A DNA stretch of 64,000 bases from Eledone cirrhosa. Lineage: Eukaryota. Below are positions 37,040-50,044 of the stretch, in pieces. Position numbers and translations under genes: made by a program. The stretch spans positions 367,722,001 through 367,786,000 of the forward strand of contig OZ024740.1 of the NCBI GenBank assembly GCA_964016885.1, given 5' to 3'. The notes under the pieces are model-generated. The model saw nothing but the letters and a program-made list of their open reading frames with translations. It was not told the DNA's origin and searched no databases. Positions within the stretch are counted from its first letter, which is position 1. Every line of letters starts with the position of its first letter.

Positions 37040-39263
37040 TTATCTCTTTCTCTTAATTTCGAGTTTATTTTTTTGACCGACTACCTTCCTGGTGGCAAGG
37101 TTGTAAAATAAAAGCAATTGTCATCCCTTGAATCGCAAGAATGTTTTGCAAATCCAAGTTCAGTCATACTTTGGTCCAAGCGGGTTGGTATATAACCCGT
37201 AGCTCCAATAATTATGGGTATGAAGCTAAAGGTGTATCTTGGATACTGGATTTGTAAACTCCTCATGAATGGTCCGTAGATGTCCTCCTTCTCCTGTATT
37301 TTTCTGACAACGTTTACATCAAGTGGGCAGCTGAACTCCACAACAGAACACGTTTTCAATGTGCGGTCCCAAACAACAATATCAGGTCGGTTGTGCTTTA
37401 ATTTGGTGCAGTTTTAATTTTCAGGTTTAACCAGTATTCCTTAGTGCCATCTGTCTCAATATATTCTTCCTCGTTTGTTGTTAATTTTGTTTTCCGAAGT
37501 GCGTTCCAGATGGTTCTAGCTATCCCATCGTGTTTCATGGGGAGGTAGTAGCGAGATGACATTCTTTCGCAGCTGGCACCAATGTGGCTTACATCCTCGA
37601 TCTTTGTTTTACATAGCCTACATTTATTGTCACCTGATGACCCTCCCCTTTTGTGCACCAGATATTTGGTAGGGAGTTCTTGTTCCTGTATTGCATATAG
37701 ATATACCTCAAGGTGTGATGTCATAAACTTGTCGGAACTCCATGCCAGACTTTTTAAGTGGTTTATCCTCTCTCTGGTCTGTGTTTTACGTCTCAAGTAT
37801 CCATGCACAACTTTTTCTGTAAATTGGTCAAGTTTTTCATCTTGTTTAATCATTGAATAGGATCTTCCGATTTCTCTGGGTGAGAGATTTATATCAGGCT
37901 TTATTCCATATCTCTCTTCCAGATCAGTGGCTATTCTAATGATATTTTCATGGTCATAAACCTGGGCAATATGGTTGCCAACCTTTTTCCTCTGTTGAAG
38001 ATGTTGCTTCAGTGTTACTATCCGGGTCTCATATGATGTTAATATGGATTTTAGACCCCGGCCACCTTCCTTGCGTGAGAAGTATAGCCTATCCACATCA
38101 CCATTGATGTTAAAGTTCCCAGTAACACTGAGACGTTTGCGAGTTCTAACATCCATCTGACTTAGTTCTTGCAATGACCAGTTCAGCAGGCCAAATGTTG
38201 GCGTTAGAATTGACACAGCATAAGTATTGTGGGCAATGTATTTGTTGTACGCTGACAGTTCTGATGACCATATTTTCTTTACTCTTCTGAGATATTCAGT
38301 TCTGGTTCCCTCCTTATTTATGGGTCCATCATATCTGACATTCTCATCCTGTTCAAGATATCTGTAGTTGTCACCTGACTGTAGAGGTTGTATTGTCAGG
38401 TCGTTCATCTTCCACGTTTTACTGCCAAATATGCACACTTGGACTCACCAAATTTCATTTTGATGTCTGTTGAAAATTGTGTAATGAGGTCCAATTGTTT
38501 CTTGATGTCATTGATATTTGGCCCATACAACTTCAGGTCATCAACAAAGAAAAGATGGGAGTCACTTCTGGACTCACTTCTTTGTATACCTTATTTCCTA
38601 AGTAGGTAAGATAGTGGATTTTGTGAGAGAAGGAAGAGTAGCACTGACAAGCTATCACCCTGAAAGATGCCCTTCTGGTAATGTATCTTATCAGTCTTAA
38701 CTTGCTCCTTCTCACCTCTAAGGATCAAATTGGTGTATCAGTTCTTGGTCAGACGTTTAACAGCAGCTACCAGTGGTTGTGGGATTTTGGCTAACTGTAA
38801 AGCCTTAACAATCCACCCATGAGGTACACTATCAAATGCTTTTTGATAGTCCAGCCACACCACAGTCATGTTTCTGCGATTCTTTGTTGTTTTTTCTTGA
38901 ACCATTTTATTAGATAGTAGGTGATCCATGCAAACCCACACGTCCCTCTTTCCACCAGCTTGCTCAGGTGTTATGATGTTGTTGGTAGCACAGTGATCCT
39001 GTAAGAACAGGTTAAGGCACCCAGTATATAATTTATACATGAGGTTATGGCAGGCTATTGGGCGGTAATTTTTAGCAAGGGTGGTTTGGCTATTTTTTTG
39101 GAATGAGGAGAGTAGTGGCAGTTGATAACCTTATGGGCAGTTCTTGTGTGCCTTTAATGGTTTCTGTAAACAGCCGTATGAGATCTTGCCGATAGAAAGT
39201 GAAATTCTTCAACCAGTATCCTGTAATGAGGTCTAGGCCTGGTGATTTCCTATTCGACATTTT
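37040..39263 (-). mobile_element. R4/Dong-type RLE LINE (second family), 5'-truncated, flanked by (CATA)n on both sides
   Basis: WLDYQKAFDSVPHGW, FVDDLKLY, VDRLYFSRKEGGRGL, CRLCKTKIEDVSHIGASC, HNRPDIVVWD, VVEFSCP. Confidence 0.92.
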
Positions 39264-39364
39264 CTGTATGTATGTATGTATGTATGTATGTATGTATGTA
39301 TGTATGTATGTATGTATGTATGTATGTATGTATGTATGTATGTATGGATGTATGTATGTACGTA

Positions 39365-40222
39365 TGTTATTGTGGTTTTATAATTTTACAAATGTTTGCC
39401 AATAGAGAGAGAGTCGGTTTCTAACATAGACACAAGACTGTCTCATTGGAATTTACACAGCATCAACTAGGTAGATATGTATGCATGTCTGCATGCATGT
39501 GTAGATATGGATGGTATTGTATGTGTGGATGTGTGTTTTGTGTTGTATGTGTGCATGTGTATATGCTTTGTATCTGTACATGTGTATATGCAGTTATTAG
39601 ATGCAGACATTTTGGGATGTTTTACATATTTGTACTGTTCCATTAATGGATTGTACTGTTAATTTCCTAACTAGTTGTGTTCTTTCTGTTCCTGTGAGGC
39701 CCAGCTTCTCAAGATTAGTATTGAAGCAGTTAGTAACATATCCCAGTGCCCCAATAATCACAGGCATAAATCTGAAGGTATAATCAGGATGGAGTCTCTG
39801 CAGATTTTTCATCAGTTCTGCATAAATATTTTCCTTTTCGCTAATCTTTGATATTATATCGGCATCTGGTGGACAGCTAACTTCCACTACAGTGCATGCC
39901 TTCTTTTCCCTGTCCCATATCATAATATCTGGTCTGACATGCTTGCATTTTATAGGGGTTTTTACTGGAAAATTCCACCAGTACTCTTTCATATTATGTA
40001 TATGTACGTCTTCCAAACTGCTGTAGCTTTTAATGTGTTTATTATCGGGGCTATCTTTTCTACGGATTGCATTGTACAGTGTTTTGGCTACTACAGCATG
40101 CCTCATATGCAGATAGTACTGCGATGATATGGGTGGCACATTCGATGTTAATTCTGCAGAGTCTGCACTTGTTATCAAATCAAGGTGTTTTGCCTGCATC
40201 TCTATCTCTTTTGTGAATCAGG
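39365..40222 (-). mobile_element. R4/Dong-type RLE LINE 3' fragment (same family as 23458-24990), flanked by (CATA)n
   Basis: ORF 39597-40199 is highly similar to 24254-24763 (RPDIMIWDREKKACTVVEVSCP). The 3'UTR is shared. Confidence 0.9.
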
Positions 40223-41175
40223 TATGTATGTATGTATGTATGTATGTATGTATGTATGTATGTATGTATGTATGTATGTATGTATGTATGTATGTATATG
40301 TATGTATACATCTATGTATGTTTTTACTGTGTTCTTTGTTCATTGCCTTTCTCTCTGAAATGTAGCTATTATGAAGCCTTCTATATTAGTAAAATCTTTT
40401 AGCGTTATCTTTGCTGTTGCATTCGAACGTATCATAGAGCGGGAGGTGAATTATTCAACAGCAAGCCTTCATTATAATTTAACATTAGAAAAATCAGGTT
40501 TACGTAAATTGAAGGACAGTAAATCTACGAAGTAATCATTCCTGGAGCATTATGTATCAGCAAAATATAGAAAAAAATCTCCTTATTTGCGCTGAACATC
40601 CGCTGGCTTCGACGACGAGTGGTAGTTATTATTGTTGCTGTTGTCGTTTAATACCAAGCTCGTCCTGATACAATAAACCTCTGTGACCTGGCTAATATTT
40701 AGATAGCACACATCGGACTACTTCAGCGTATTAGTAGTAGCAACTGATTAGATTTTGAAATACACGCACATGAAAATAACGTGTAAGTACCCATAACGTA
40801 GTTCTCAGGGAGATCTAGAATAACGTAATGTGTGGAAAAAAATTGGGACTTCCGACTATAGGTATGACTAATATTTTCCATCTCATTGGAATAGAGGAGC
40901 CTGAATAAAATATCTCGCTCCAAGCCACAAGGCACTGTCTCAGATGGAATTGACCATAAGCATACACGTCCCGGCAGGTGACAAGCCCCACACTTTGTGT
41001 TAAGTAGTAATTATTCGGTAAACGAGCAATCGTTGCCTAGAAAATAGAGGCTAGTGATTTTATCACCTGATCTAACCACCAGAAATATTACATTGGTTGT
41101 ATGATTCCAAATATAATTGCCAATAAACATTTTCATCTCCATGCAACATACAAACCGAAAGCATTAATATATAAT

Positions 41176-41360
41176 TGTTTCTACTTTAGGCACAAGGCCA
41201 GCAATTACCCAGTGCATTACTGGTACTTTATTTTATCGACCTCGTAAGATTGAAAGGCAAAGTTAACCTCGGCGTGATTTGAACTCAGAATGTAAAGGGA
41301 CGCAACTATGCTAGAAAGCATGGCGTCCGACCCTCTACCGATACTGCCAATTCACCGCCA
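41176..41360 (-). mobile_element. tRNA-derived SINE with ~24-bp TSD
   Basis: AAACCGAAAGCATTAATATATAAT on both sides. Confidence 0.92.
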
Positions 41361-41524
41361 TTAAACCGAAAGCATTAATATATAATGCTACAGTAAATCT
41401 GTCAGATGCTGTCTAAATGTATCATGAAAGATCAATACAAAAACCTTCATGTTCAGATAAAATACCAGCTCTCCACCTTTTCCCTAATATACCTGAAAGC
41501 TTAAAATCAGGACTATTAATAAAA

Positions 41525-41870
41525 TAATTGTTTCTACTTTTGGCACAAGGCCAGCAATTACCAGTGCATTACTGGTACTTTATTTTATCGACCCCGGAAG
41601 GATGAAAGGCAAAGTTAACCTCGGCGGAATTTGAACTATTAATAAAATAATGCTTTCTCATATAGGCACAAGGAGAGCAATTTTGGGGGAGGGGAAAGTC
41701 GATTAAATCGACCCAGTGCGTGACTGGTATTTTATTTTATCGACACGTAAGGATGTAAAGCAAAGTTAACCTCAGCGGGATTTGAACTCAGATCATAAAG
41801 GGCCGTAACTCTATGCTGAAAGGCATGGCGTCCGACCCTCCTATTAATTAAATAATGTCAATCCACCGTC
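41525..41870 (-). mobile_element. Two tandem SINE copies (5'-truncated copy with ACTATTAATAAAATAAT TSD, then a near full-length copy)
   Basis: Central domain and tail are present twice. Confidence 0.85.
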
Positions 41871-42949
41871 CTATTAATTAAATAATGATAACATAAAGCA
41901 TTGATGGGAAATCTAAGCTGTCCAAGAACGAGAGAGATAACCTCTATAACATATTGTTAACATCAGACATTATTTTAAGTTAAACGTATCTGCAGCGGAA
42001 CCACTCAGAAGAAAGGCTGTCATCGCATTATTCAGTGACATACTATTTTTGAAATTCAGTGACATACTATTCCAACGTTGATACACGATAATTTACAATA
42101 AATATGATTCAAATCATTTTCGTTTTTCATAAGAATGTCCTGGATAGTTTTCTTATGGACGTTTAATTTCTTTTATGGCTAGAATTGTTCTTGTCTTTGG
42201 TAATACATATCTCAATTATTTTGTAGAGAATGTCGCGAGTACATCAAATCTCAGTCGTTGGATTTAAATACATTATGCTACCTGTAGTTCTTATAACAAT
42301 GTAATGAACAATTTATATTTTTTTTGACTCTAGCTCATTGTGTACCCTCTTTTATCAATTTTGGTGGATTTGATTTTGTGTGCTTCTTTAAAATTTTCCA
42401 ATTAAGGACAAAACAGCAACAATATTAATTGATCACAACTCGCAAGCAACATGTAATTACTAGAGATAATTCTTATGAACATAATTACGATGATGCGTGT
42501 TATGAAGGTCTGATTATTTATTGTCCAATTGAACCGTTAGAAACAGTAAATTCTTTATTTCACCAACCACGCAAACAGTTATTGCCTTATCCATGAATAA
42601 CTCTACGATTCTATAATAGTAAAGTGTACGGTAGAATACTTGTTGTATTGGAAGAATTTTAATTAATTTATATTACACCACTAATGATAAAGCAATCACT
42701 ACTTAAATGTGTGATGCGGAATAAATTGAAAAAAAATACACTACTCGGGTTAGTAACGAAGTTTGTATTAAAATAATAATGTAAATATATGGAATTCAAT
42801 GGTAAATAAATCTGATCATTGGAAGTAGGGTGACAAATCTTGGCATTAGGTGAGGTTATTAGAACCCACCAGCAGAACATATTATAACCGTGATTGTAGA
42901 ATAAATAAAGAATAAATCAAGATTGTAGAATAAATAAAGAAATATCAGA

Positions 42950-43610
42950 CTATCGTGAATGGACATTGGAGTTAGCATTAAAGAAAATACTAACTAAATC
43001 ATTTTAAACTCCGGAGTTATCTTTCCCGTGGTACTGAAGAGGATATCATTGAATAAGTTAAATATTCGAATCAGGATCTTAGTCTTTGTACGTCGTATAT
43101 ACTCATCTCTATGTTCTTGTGGGGATTTTCCAGAAACAATTTGGCACTATTTCTTCCAATGTAGAATCAATTCGTCTGAGAGAGATAACATATTGAAACA
43201 AATCCCCCCCCCCCCCCCAAAAAAAAAAATACCAATATTGGAAGATCAATGTGCGGTTAAAGATCTAACATATATGAACAAAATATTTGTAGGCTACGAA
43301 AGAATTCAACAACATAAACTTCTATGTTTTACAGAGTCCCTTGTTTCCTTTTTTCCATTTCTTTATCATTTTCTTATGTATAATCTGTCACCCAATGGCC
43401 TACAATGTTTGAAATAAAAAAAAAAAATCTCTTTAATCATTTAAAAAAAATGTTATTTATTTTTTTCTGTTTTTTTCTTTTTTTCAAATTTGTTACTTGC
43501 CTCGCAAGCTCTTTTTAATTGTCAATTGTAAGGAGTATTCGATACTTCCTCTAGCCTGTCATGTATTTCTCATTCTATACGAACATTTAAATTGATTAAA
43601 TAAATAAATA
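42950..43610 (+). mobile_element. Old LINE (CR1/L2-like) 3' end
   Basis: SSLCSCGDFPETIWHYFFQCRINSSERDNIL is a C-terminal CCHC motif. The 3'UTR ends in (TAAA)n. Confidence 0.55.
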
Positions 43611-44575
43611 TATATATACATATATATATTTATACATATATATTTACATACACAGTCACTCATGCAATCACACACACAAACACACACGCACCAACACGCA
43701 CACATACAGACACACACATATAATATTTCAGCATGTCCCGCAAAAATGTATACACACTTTGTTTACATGCACAGGCAATATTTATTAGAATGCACAGCTT
43801 TTCCACCAAATAAAATGACCGATAAACATAATTCCATTGTATGTAAACAATCAAAAATGTTTACATAATTTAGATAATGCATATAAAACAGAATTTACTT
43901 TAATGCATTTTTTAAATTTTGTTGTCTATATATTTTGGGGTGACATCTTTTGGAGAGTGTCATACTGTTTGAAGAAAGAGCATGAGAAGATGAAGACCTC
44001 ACACCTACCAAAACGACCCTGCGTTATCTCTTAAAGCCTAGACGATCTAAGAATGAATAAGTTACCATCTCTATGATCACGTCACTCCAAACCTATGGCC
44101 TCTTAGCTCTCCATATCTCAGTCTGTTGGACTACTGCGTAATGGCATAATTGAGAAGGAAGTGAAGCAACGCTCCCATAACACTATAATATAGATGAAAA
44201 GCCTCATAACTAACACAATGTCCAACATAGTTATAGATCATCCGATTCGGACATGACACCGTATTAGACTTCGTGTTAAAGCAGTCATGAGTACTAACAT
44301 CAGATTCCTTACACACATTTTTGGGGAAAGATTAAATCAAAATGCATGTCAATTGCCCTTCAAATAATTCTCTTATTTCATGAATTATGCGTCTTTCACT
44401 AACTTACTACTAATATTCTCAAGGAACAGCAAATTTATAAGAAGAGAAATAGAGGGGATAATGTTTGTAGGGAAAACACGAGTGTATTTGAGTATGATAT
44501 ATCTCTTCACTGTCTGTATATATCTATATATACATAAACATGCACCCCACCGCCATATATATATATGTGTGTTTC

Positions 44576-44613
<38 letters not shown>

Positions 44614-44999
44614 TGCGCGTGTGTATGAGTGTGTGTCTGTATGTATGTGTGTGTGGGTGTATAGATTAATTTGATTTAAGTAACAAGAGGCCCCGGTCTC
44701 GTGATATTTGTTTAAAGTTCCATTGTTGCAAAAACACACTATATGTAATTCAACAGCGTGGTTACGTAAGATCCTCGCAAAATCAAGACGTTCAAATTGC
44801 ATCATAATTACTTAATCAATAAAAGGAAGTAAGGCAAATACAAATAGAGAATAGAGAAAACGTTTAATTGGGAGATCGCCTGCGAAATCGCTGTTATTGT
44901 TTTGGCAGACCATCTCCATATTTACTTGCATGCATATATACATCTCTATAACCCATTCCCACCATATATATATATATAAATATATGCTCCACATATACG

Positions 45000-45442
45000 C
45001 TCCACATATGACGTATTATCTTCGTTTTTTTCGTTCATTGCCAGAGAACGTCTCTATGCACCACCTAAGAGAACATTAGTCTACGACCTCTTTTATACCA
45101 TAAACGTGGTTCTGTCTTTGCGCGTAATTGCTTTTCACCGCTCCTATTAATGACGTATTATATTCGTTTTTTCCCGTTCTTAGCCAGCGAACGTTTGCAC
45201 GAACCAAAGTATCGTCTTCCTGTCTTCCTCCGGTTGCAACGTTTTTTGAAATATCCAGTTCTGCGTTTACAGATTGACTTTGTTAGTTTCAGAAGATCCC
45301 GTTAAGGGTGAAAGCAACGATTCTTTGCTTAAACTTTGATCTGTTATTTTAATAAATATTTGCTCTACGGTTCTTATATATTTGATATATATTTATCCTT
45401 ATCGAGCCCTCTTTGGATTTTAGTCTTCACATTTATTATTAT

Positions 45443-45447
<5 letters not shown>
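45000..45447 (+). mobile_element. pLTR-like element with variant type I hammerhead (45285-45335); its 3' terminus recurs at 2600-2645, 46236-46297 and 52925-52985
   Basis: AGTTT-CAGAAGA-TCCC gttaa GGGT-GAAA-GCAA cgattct TTGC-TT-AAACT, then AATAAA. Terminus TCGAGCCCTCTTTGGATTTTAGTCTTCACATTTAT followed by (TA)n. Confidence 0.7.
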
Positions 45448-45478
<31 letters not shown>

Positions 45479-45481
<3 letters not shown>

Positions 45482-46115
45482 TCTTTTCTCTCGATTACTT
45501 GGTCTCGAACTTAAGTTCTATTATCGAGTGGTCTTGGATTTCTTACCTATAGTTGCTCGCACATTGCTCGGTTTGTGTTTTTTTCGCTGTGACCATTCTT
45601 CTCGCCACTTCTACCTTCCTATTTCGCCACTTTTTACTCTCCCCCTCTTTCTCCCCCCTTTTCTCCCTATCTACTCTTACCCCACTTTCTTCCTCTCTTT
45701 TTCTCCTTCTCACTGACCGTTTAGCAATTCTCTTCTCACTCACAACTGCGGCGATCGGACGTGTGATTTTTCTCTCGATTACTCGATCTCGAACTTAAGT
45801 TCTATTATCGAGTGGTCTTGGATTCCCTACCTATAGTTGCTCGAAAATTGCCCCGTTTGTGTTTTTTTCGCTGTTTTGTTACTGCTTGTCATTTCTTCCC
45901 GTTTGCTTTCCTTCCCTCCCTCCTTCGTTTTCCCAATAACTTATCCAGTTATTGACCCCATGTGGTGAAATGGTATCTTGTCTTTAAAGCGTAGAAATAT
46001 CCTAGATGCCAAGTAGAGAACTGATGAGGACCCCCCCCCCCCTGTTCTTGCTTTCTTCGTGTTCTCACTGCATTTTAAGTTACCTTAAAAGCAACTACAG
46101 AGCCATTTCTATTCT

Positions 46116-46118
<3 letters not shown>
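45479..46118 (+). repeat. Diverged relative of the permuted-hammerhead repeat (motif 45963-46031), with an internal ~283-bp-offset duplication
   Basis: GGTAT-C/TTGTCT-ttaaagcgta-GAAA-TATC-CTA-GAT-GCCA-agt-AGAGAA-CTGATGA-GGAC. Flanked by (TA)n. Confidence 0.65.
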
Positions 46119-46155
<37 letters not shown>

Positions 46156-46424
46156 ATATATATATATATATATAGATATATATATATATAGTTTAAGCAA
46201 AGAATCGCTGCTTTCACCCTTAACGGGATCTTCTGATATATATTTATCCTTATCGAGCCCTCTTTGGATTTTAGTCTTCACATTTATTATTATTACTATA
46301 TATATATATATATATATGATTATATATACCAGACCAGCCAACCTCTAAAAATCATAACGAGGAGCATATAAAAATGTGCCTTAAAAGGGGGAGAAATGGG
46401 GCAAAATGGAAAGATTTTACATAA

Positions 46425-46635
46425 TTGTTTCTACTTTAGGCACAATGCCAGCAATTACCCAGTGCATTACTGGTACTTTATTGTATCGACCCCGTAAGGA
46501 TGAAAGGCAAAGTCAACCTCGGCGGGATTTGAACTCAGATCGTAAAGGGACGTACGATCTGAGTTCAAATCACGCCGAAGTTGACTTTGCCTTTCATCCT
46601 TACGGGGTCGATAAAATAAGTACCCGTAATGCACT
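46425..46635 (-). mobile_element. 5'-truncated SINE with fold-back inverted duplication inside a 17-bp TSD
   Basis: GGAAAGATTTTACATAA flanks both sides. 46553-46635 is the reverse complement of part of 46460-46545. Confidence 0.88.
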
Positions 46636-47014
46636 GGAAAGATTTTACATAACGAAAGCTATACTGACTGGGAGACTTGACAGGTTTGACATACATATAT
46701 GGATACATAGAATATACATTTCTTATTGTCAAATACTATTTTGTATATGATTTTATATATGCTTAGTATCTGTACTCGTATATTGTATGAATTAATGATA
46801 ACGACACACATAATTGAAGAGTGAATTATGAGGACATTCTAATCCTAATGCTAATATAATTAAATTAGAGATTGTTCCCTGTAATGTACATAATTTATAT
46901 TTAGTTAGATATTATTTTTTTCACATGACTCCGATAGAAGATATAGATTTATATTTACAGAATGAGAACTCTTTCTGAAATTCTATTTCGGGATGTATTG
47001 TAGACCCGTTATTA

Positions 47015-47125
47015 AGCCGGATAGAATGCTTTGCGGTGAACGTTTACTCTCTCTGTTTTCTGAGTTCAAAACCCACTGAGGCCAAATTTGCCTTTCATCC
47101 ATTCGAGGTCGATAAAAAAGAGTAA
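47015..47125 (+). mobile_element. Degenerate SINE fragment
   Basis: CTGAGTTCAAAACCC..TTTGCCTTTCATCCATTCGAGGTCGATAAAA. Confidence 0.7.
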
Positions 47126-48212
47126 CAATCTGGTATTGTGGTCCAAATTTCTTTCATAGCTCTTTCTCACTTGCTTTCCCTATCTCTCTTTCGTTCTCTT
47201 CATGAAATCCTTATTCAGACCTGGAGAAGTAATGGGCTCCACCAGGTTTTAAAATGTCCTAGAAACCCGATATCTCAATACGGTTCCCCTATGAATTTCC
47301 CTGGAGTTACGAGACCATGCGTCCATAAAACTTTGATTTTAAATAATTGTTTCTTCTATACGCTTCAACTTCTCTTGAAACAGTTATTGATGTTATACGT
47401 TCTAGATATATTCTCTGCTACTGTATGTGTATTGATACCAGATTTTGAGACTTGGTGGTTGAAATAAGATTAATGACATAGATATAAATTTTTGCTGAAG
47501 AATGTCTAATTCTATTAGAATTTCTCTGCACATTTCCAGCAAAGTAATTCTTGTAATATTCTATTCCTCTTTTATAAAATATTCAGTTTATGAACATACT
47601 CATCAGTTAAATGACATAAATAAACAACATAAAAAGTACAGTGTCCTATCTCATCCTTTTCGTTTGCATTATTCATTATTGTTCAAGTAAAATCAGGAAA
47701 TGATTTTGTGAAACTTATGATATTATGTATTACTAATTCCTCAACAATATACGTGTATATGCTTAAATAATGAACGAATTTAAAGACCATTATAGTAACA
47801 TTATTTATATTACTGGTGCGACAATTGTCTGGGAAATATGCATCTTATATCCCCCCCCCCCACACACACACACAAACACACAACCATACACACAAGCAGC
47901 GTAACATATATGTACACACATATATCTATGTGTGTGTACATGCACCTATATTTGTTCTACACCTTGACGCGGTAGATGCTATACGACGCTCATTAGAACA
48001 GTGGTGTTGAATCCGACCTATCTGTAGTCTAGGTTGATATGAAAAGAACGAAATAGTAAAGTGCATTATATTTTGTTAACATGTTATTAATGTAGTCACA
48101 CCGTAGCAGAATAATCCTATTATAAAATATTACATCCCTGATTTTATTCGATAGATCAGTTCATTTTTATTTTGTTTTAACAATTATTTTCACTATACTT
48201 TTAATAGCATAG

Positions 48213-48313
48213 TGTCGATAAAATAAAGTACCAGTAATGCACTGGAGTCGATTTAATTGACTTCCCCCTTCCCGAAAAATTGTTGGCCTTGTGCCTAAAT
48301 CTGAAACCAATAG
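48213..48313 (+). mobile_element. 5'-truncated SINE with TTTTAATAGCATAGTG TSD
   Basis: 3' half of the SINE plus a duplicated flank. Confidence 0.85.
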
Positions 48314-48844
48314 TTTTAATAGCATAGTGATGATGTAATAGTGACGAGAAATGTTCCAGTGTTCTAACGCATTGTATTAGCCTCGTTGTATAAAGAGAAA
48401 AATACTAGATTGCAAAACTCAAATTTGAAGAGAGGGAGCATTCCCAAAAGTATAGTTTCCAACGTTTTACACTCCTACTCCTAAACTTTCAGTTCTGCCT
48501 ATATGGATCATAACAAATCAAATATTTCAGAAGAAATACTGTTTTGAATGAATTAAAATATTTCAATGTGCTATTTCAAAATAACTGGAATATTTACTCG
48601 AAAATAGTCATGTCTCTTTATTACAATGGGCATAAATCTAGATTTTGTATTGATGAATAAGTAGCACCACTTTTATTACCTTAGTCTCCTAATATATTCC
48701 TATATATTCCGAAGCAAATATCAATACATTTGTCCTGGTTACAAAGGAGATGATAGTCGCCTGAATTGGTAAATATAAACGTTTTCTGAACAAAAACTAC
48801 AAATTCAGTCGTCGTAATTTTTCGGGAGACCTATTGTGAAATAA

Positions 48845-48938
48845 TAGTTTCTGAATTAGGCACAATGCCATCAATTTATGGGGTGGGGAATATTTTAAAT
48901 CGACACCAATGCGTTACTGGTACTTTATTTTATTGACC
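48845..48938 (-). mobile_element. 5'-truncated SINE fragment
   Basis: taggcacaatgcc...actggtactttattttattgacc. Confidence 0.7.
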
Positions 48939-49410
48939 ATATGGTGAAATAATGACCACATGCAGATGACTCTGAAAACACTCCACTTGAGTAAAACATA
49001 CACACATTGGCCATTTTGAGTTACCTCTCTGTAATTAGCATACTGCTGAATGTGAATTTAAAAAAAACAAACAAGACAATAATAATTAGAGAATTTCCAA
49101 AACCATCTCAGAAAATAATGCAATTACCAATTACTTGATATATCATTCATACTTTGCTTTCATAGTGAGTTATTGTTTGTTTAATGAATAACGAGAAACA
49201 AACGAAACGGATTTTTTTCTGCAGAAATTGTAAAGTTTCAGATATTTCATGAATTGGTTTGCTATATTAGAAAGGTGTTGTATAGAAAGGAATATTCTTT
49301 CATATACCCATGCATACATATATACGTAAATGTGCTTACATACATCACACACAAATATATACCAATCACACGCATATATACATACGAACATACACACTCA
49401 CATGTATACA

Positions 49411-49533
<123 letters not shown>

Positions 49534-50044
49534 GTGTGTGTGTGTGTGAGAGAGATATAGATAAAGATATAGATATAGATATTTGTGTATAACGAAATAC
49601 GAAACTATTTTGAATTTTTCACCTTCTCTTGCAAAGCAGCTTTAAAAGAGAGAAATGAAAATTCAAAGAATATAATAGTTATGGTAAAATGCCCTGCGCA
49701 ATATATATTAAAGCACACACATGATTAGTGTATAAGTAACAATAATTCATTTTTCCCTTGAGTATACATCTCTAATGAACTACATAAAAACAAATATTCA
49801 TTATTGATAATCTATTTGAAGCAATGTTGAATACACGTGGTCCAGTCCAAAATTAATTAACAAACACACACATAAAACTTTTGTATGTATATATATATAT
49901 GTATGTATGTATGTATGTGTGTGTGTGTATTTGTATGTATGTGTAAATCTATGTAAGTATCTATGTGTATATGTAAGTAGGTATTTATGTATGTAAATAC
50001 CCACAGACACACACATATAAATATATTATATTATATATATGTGT

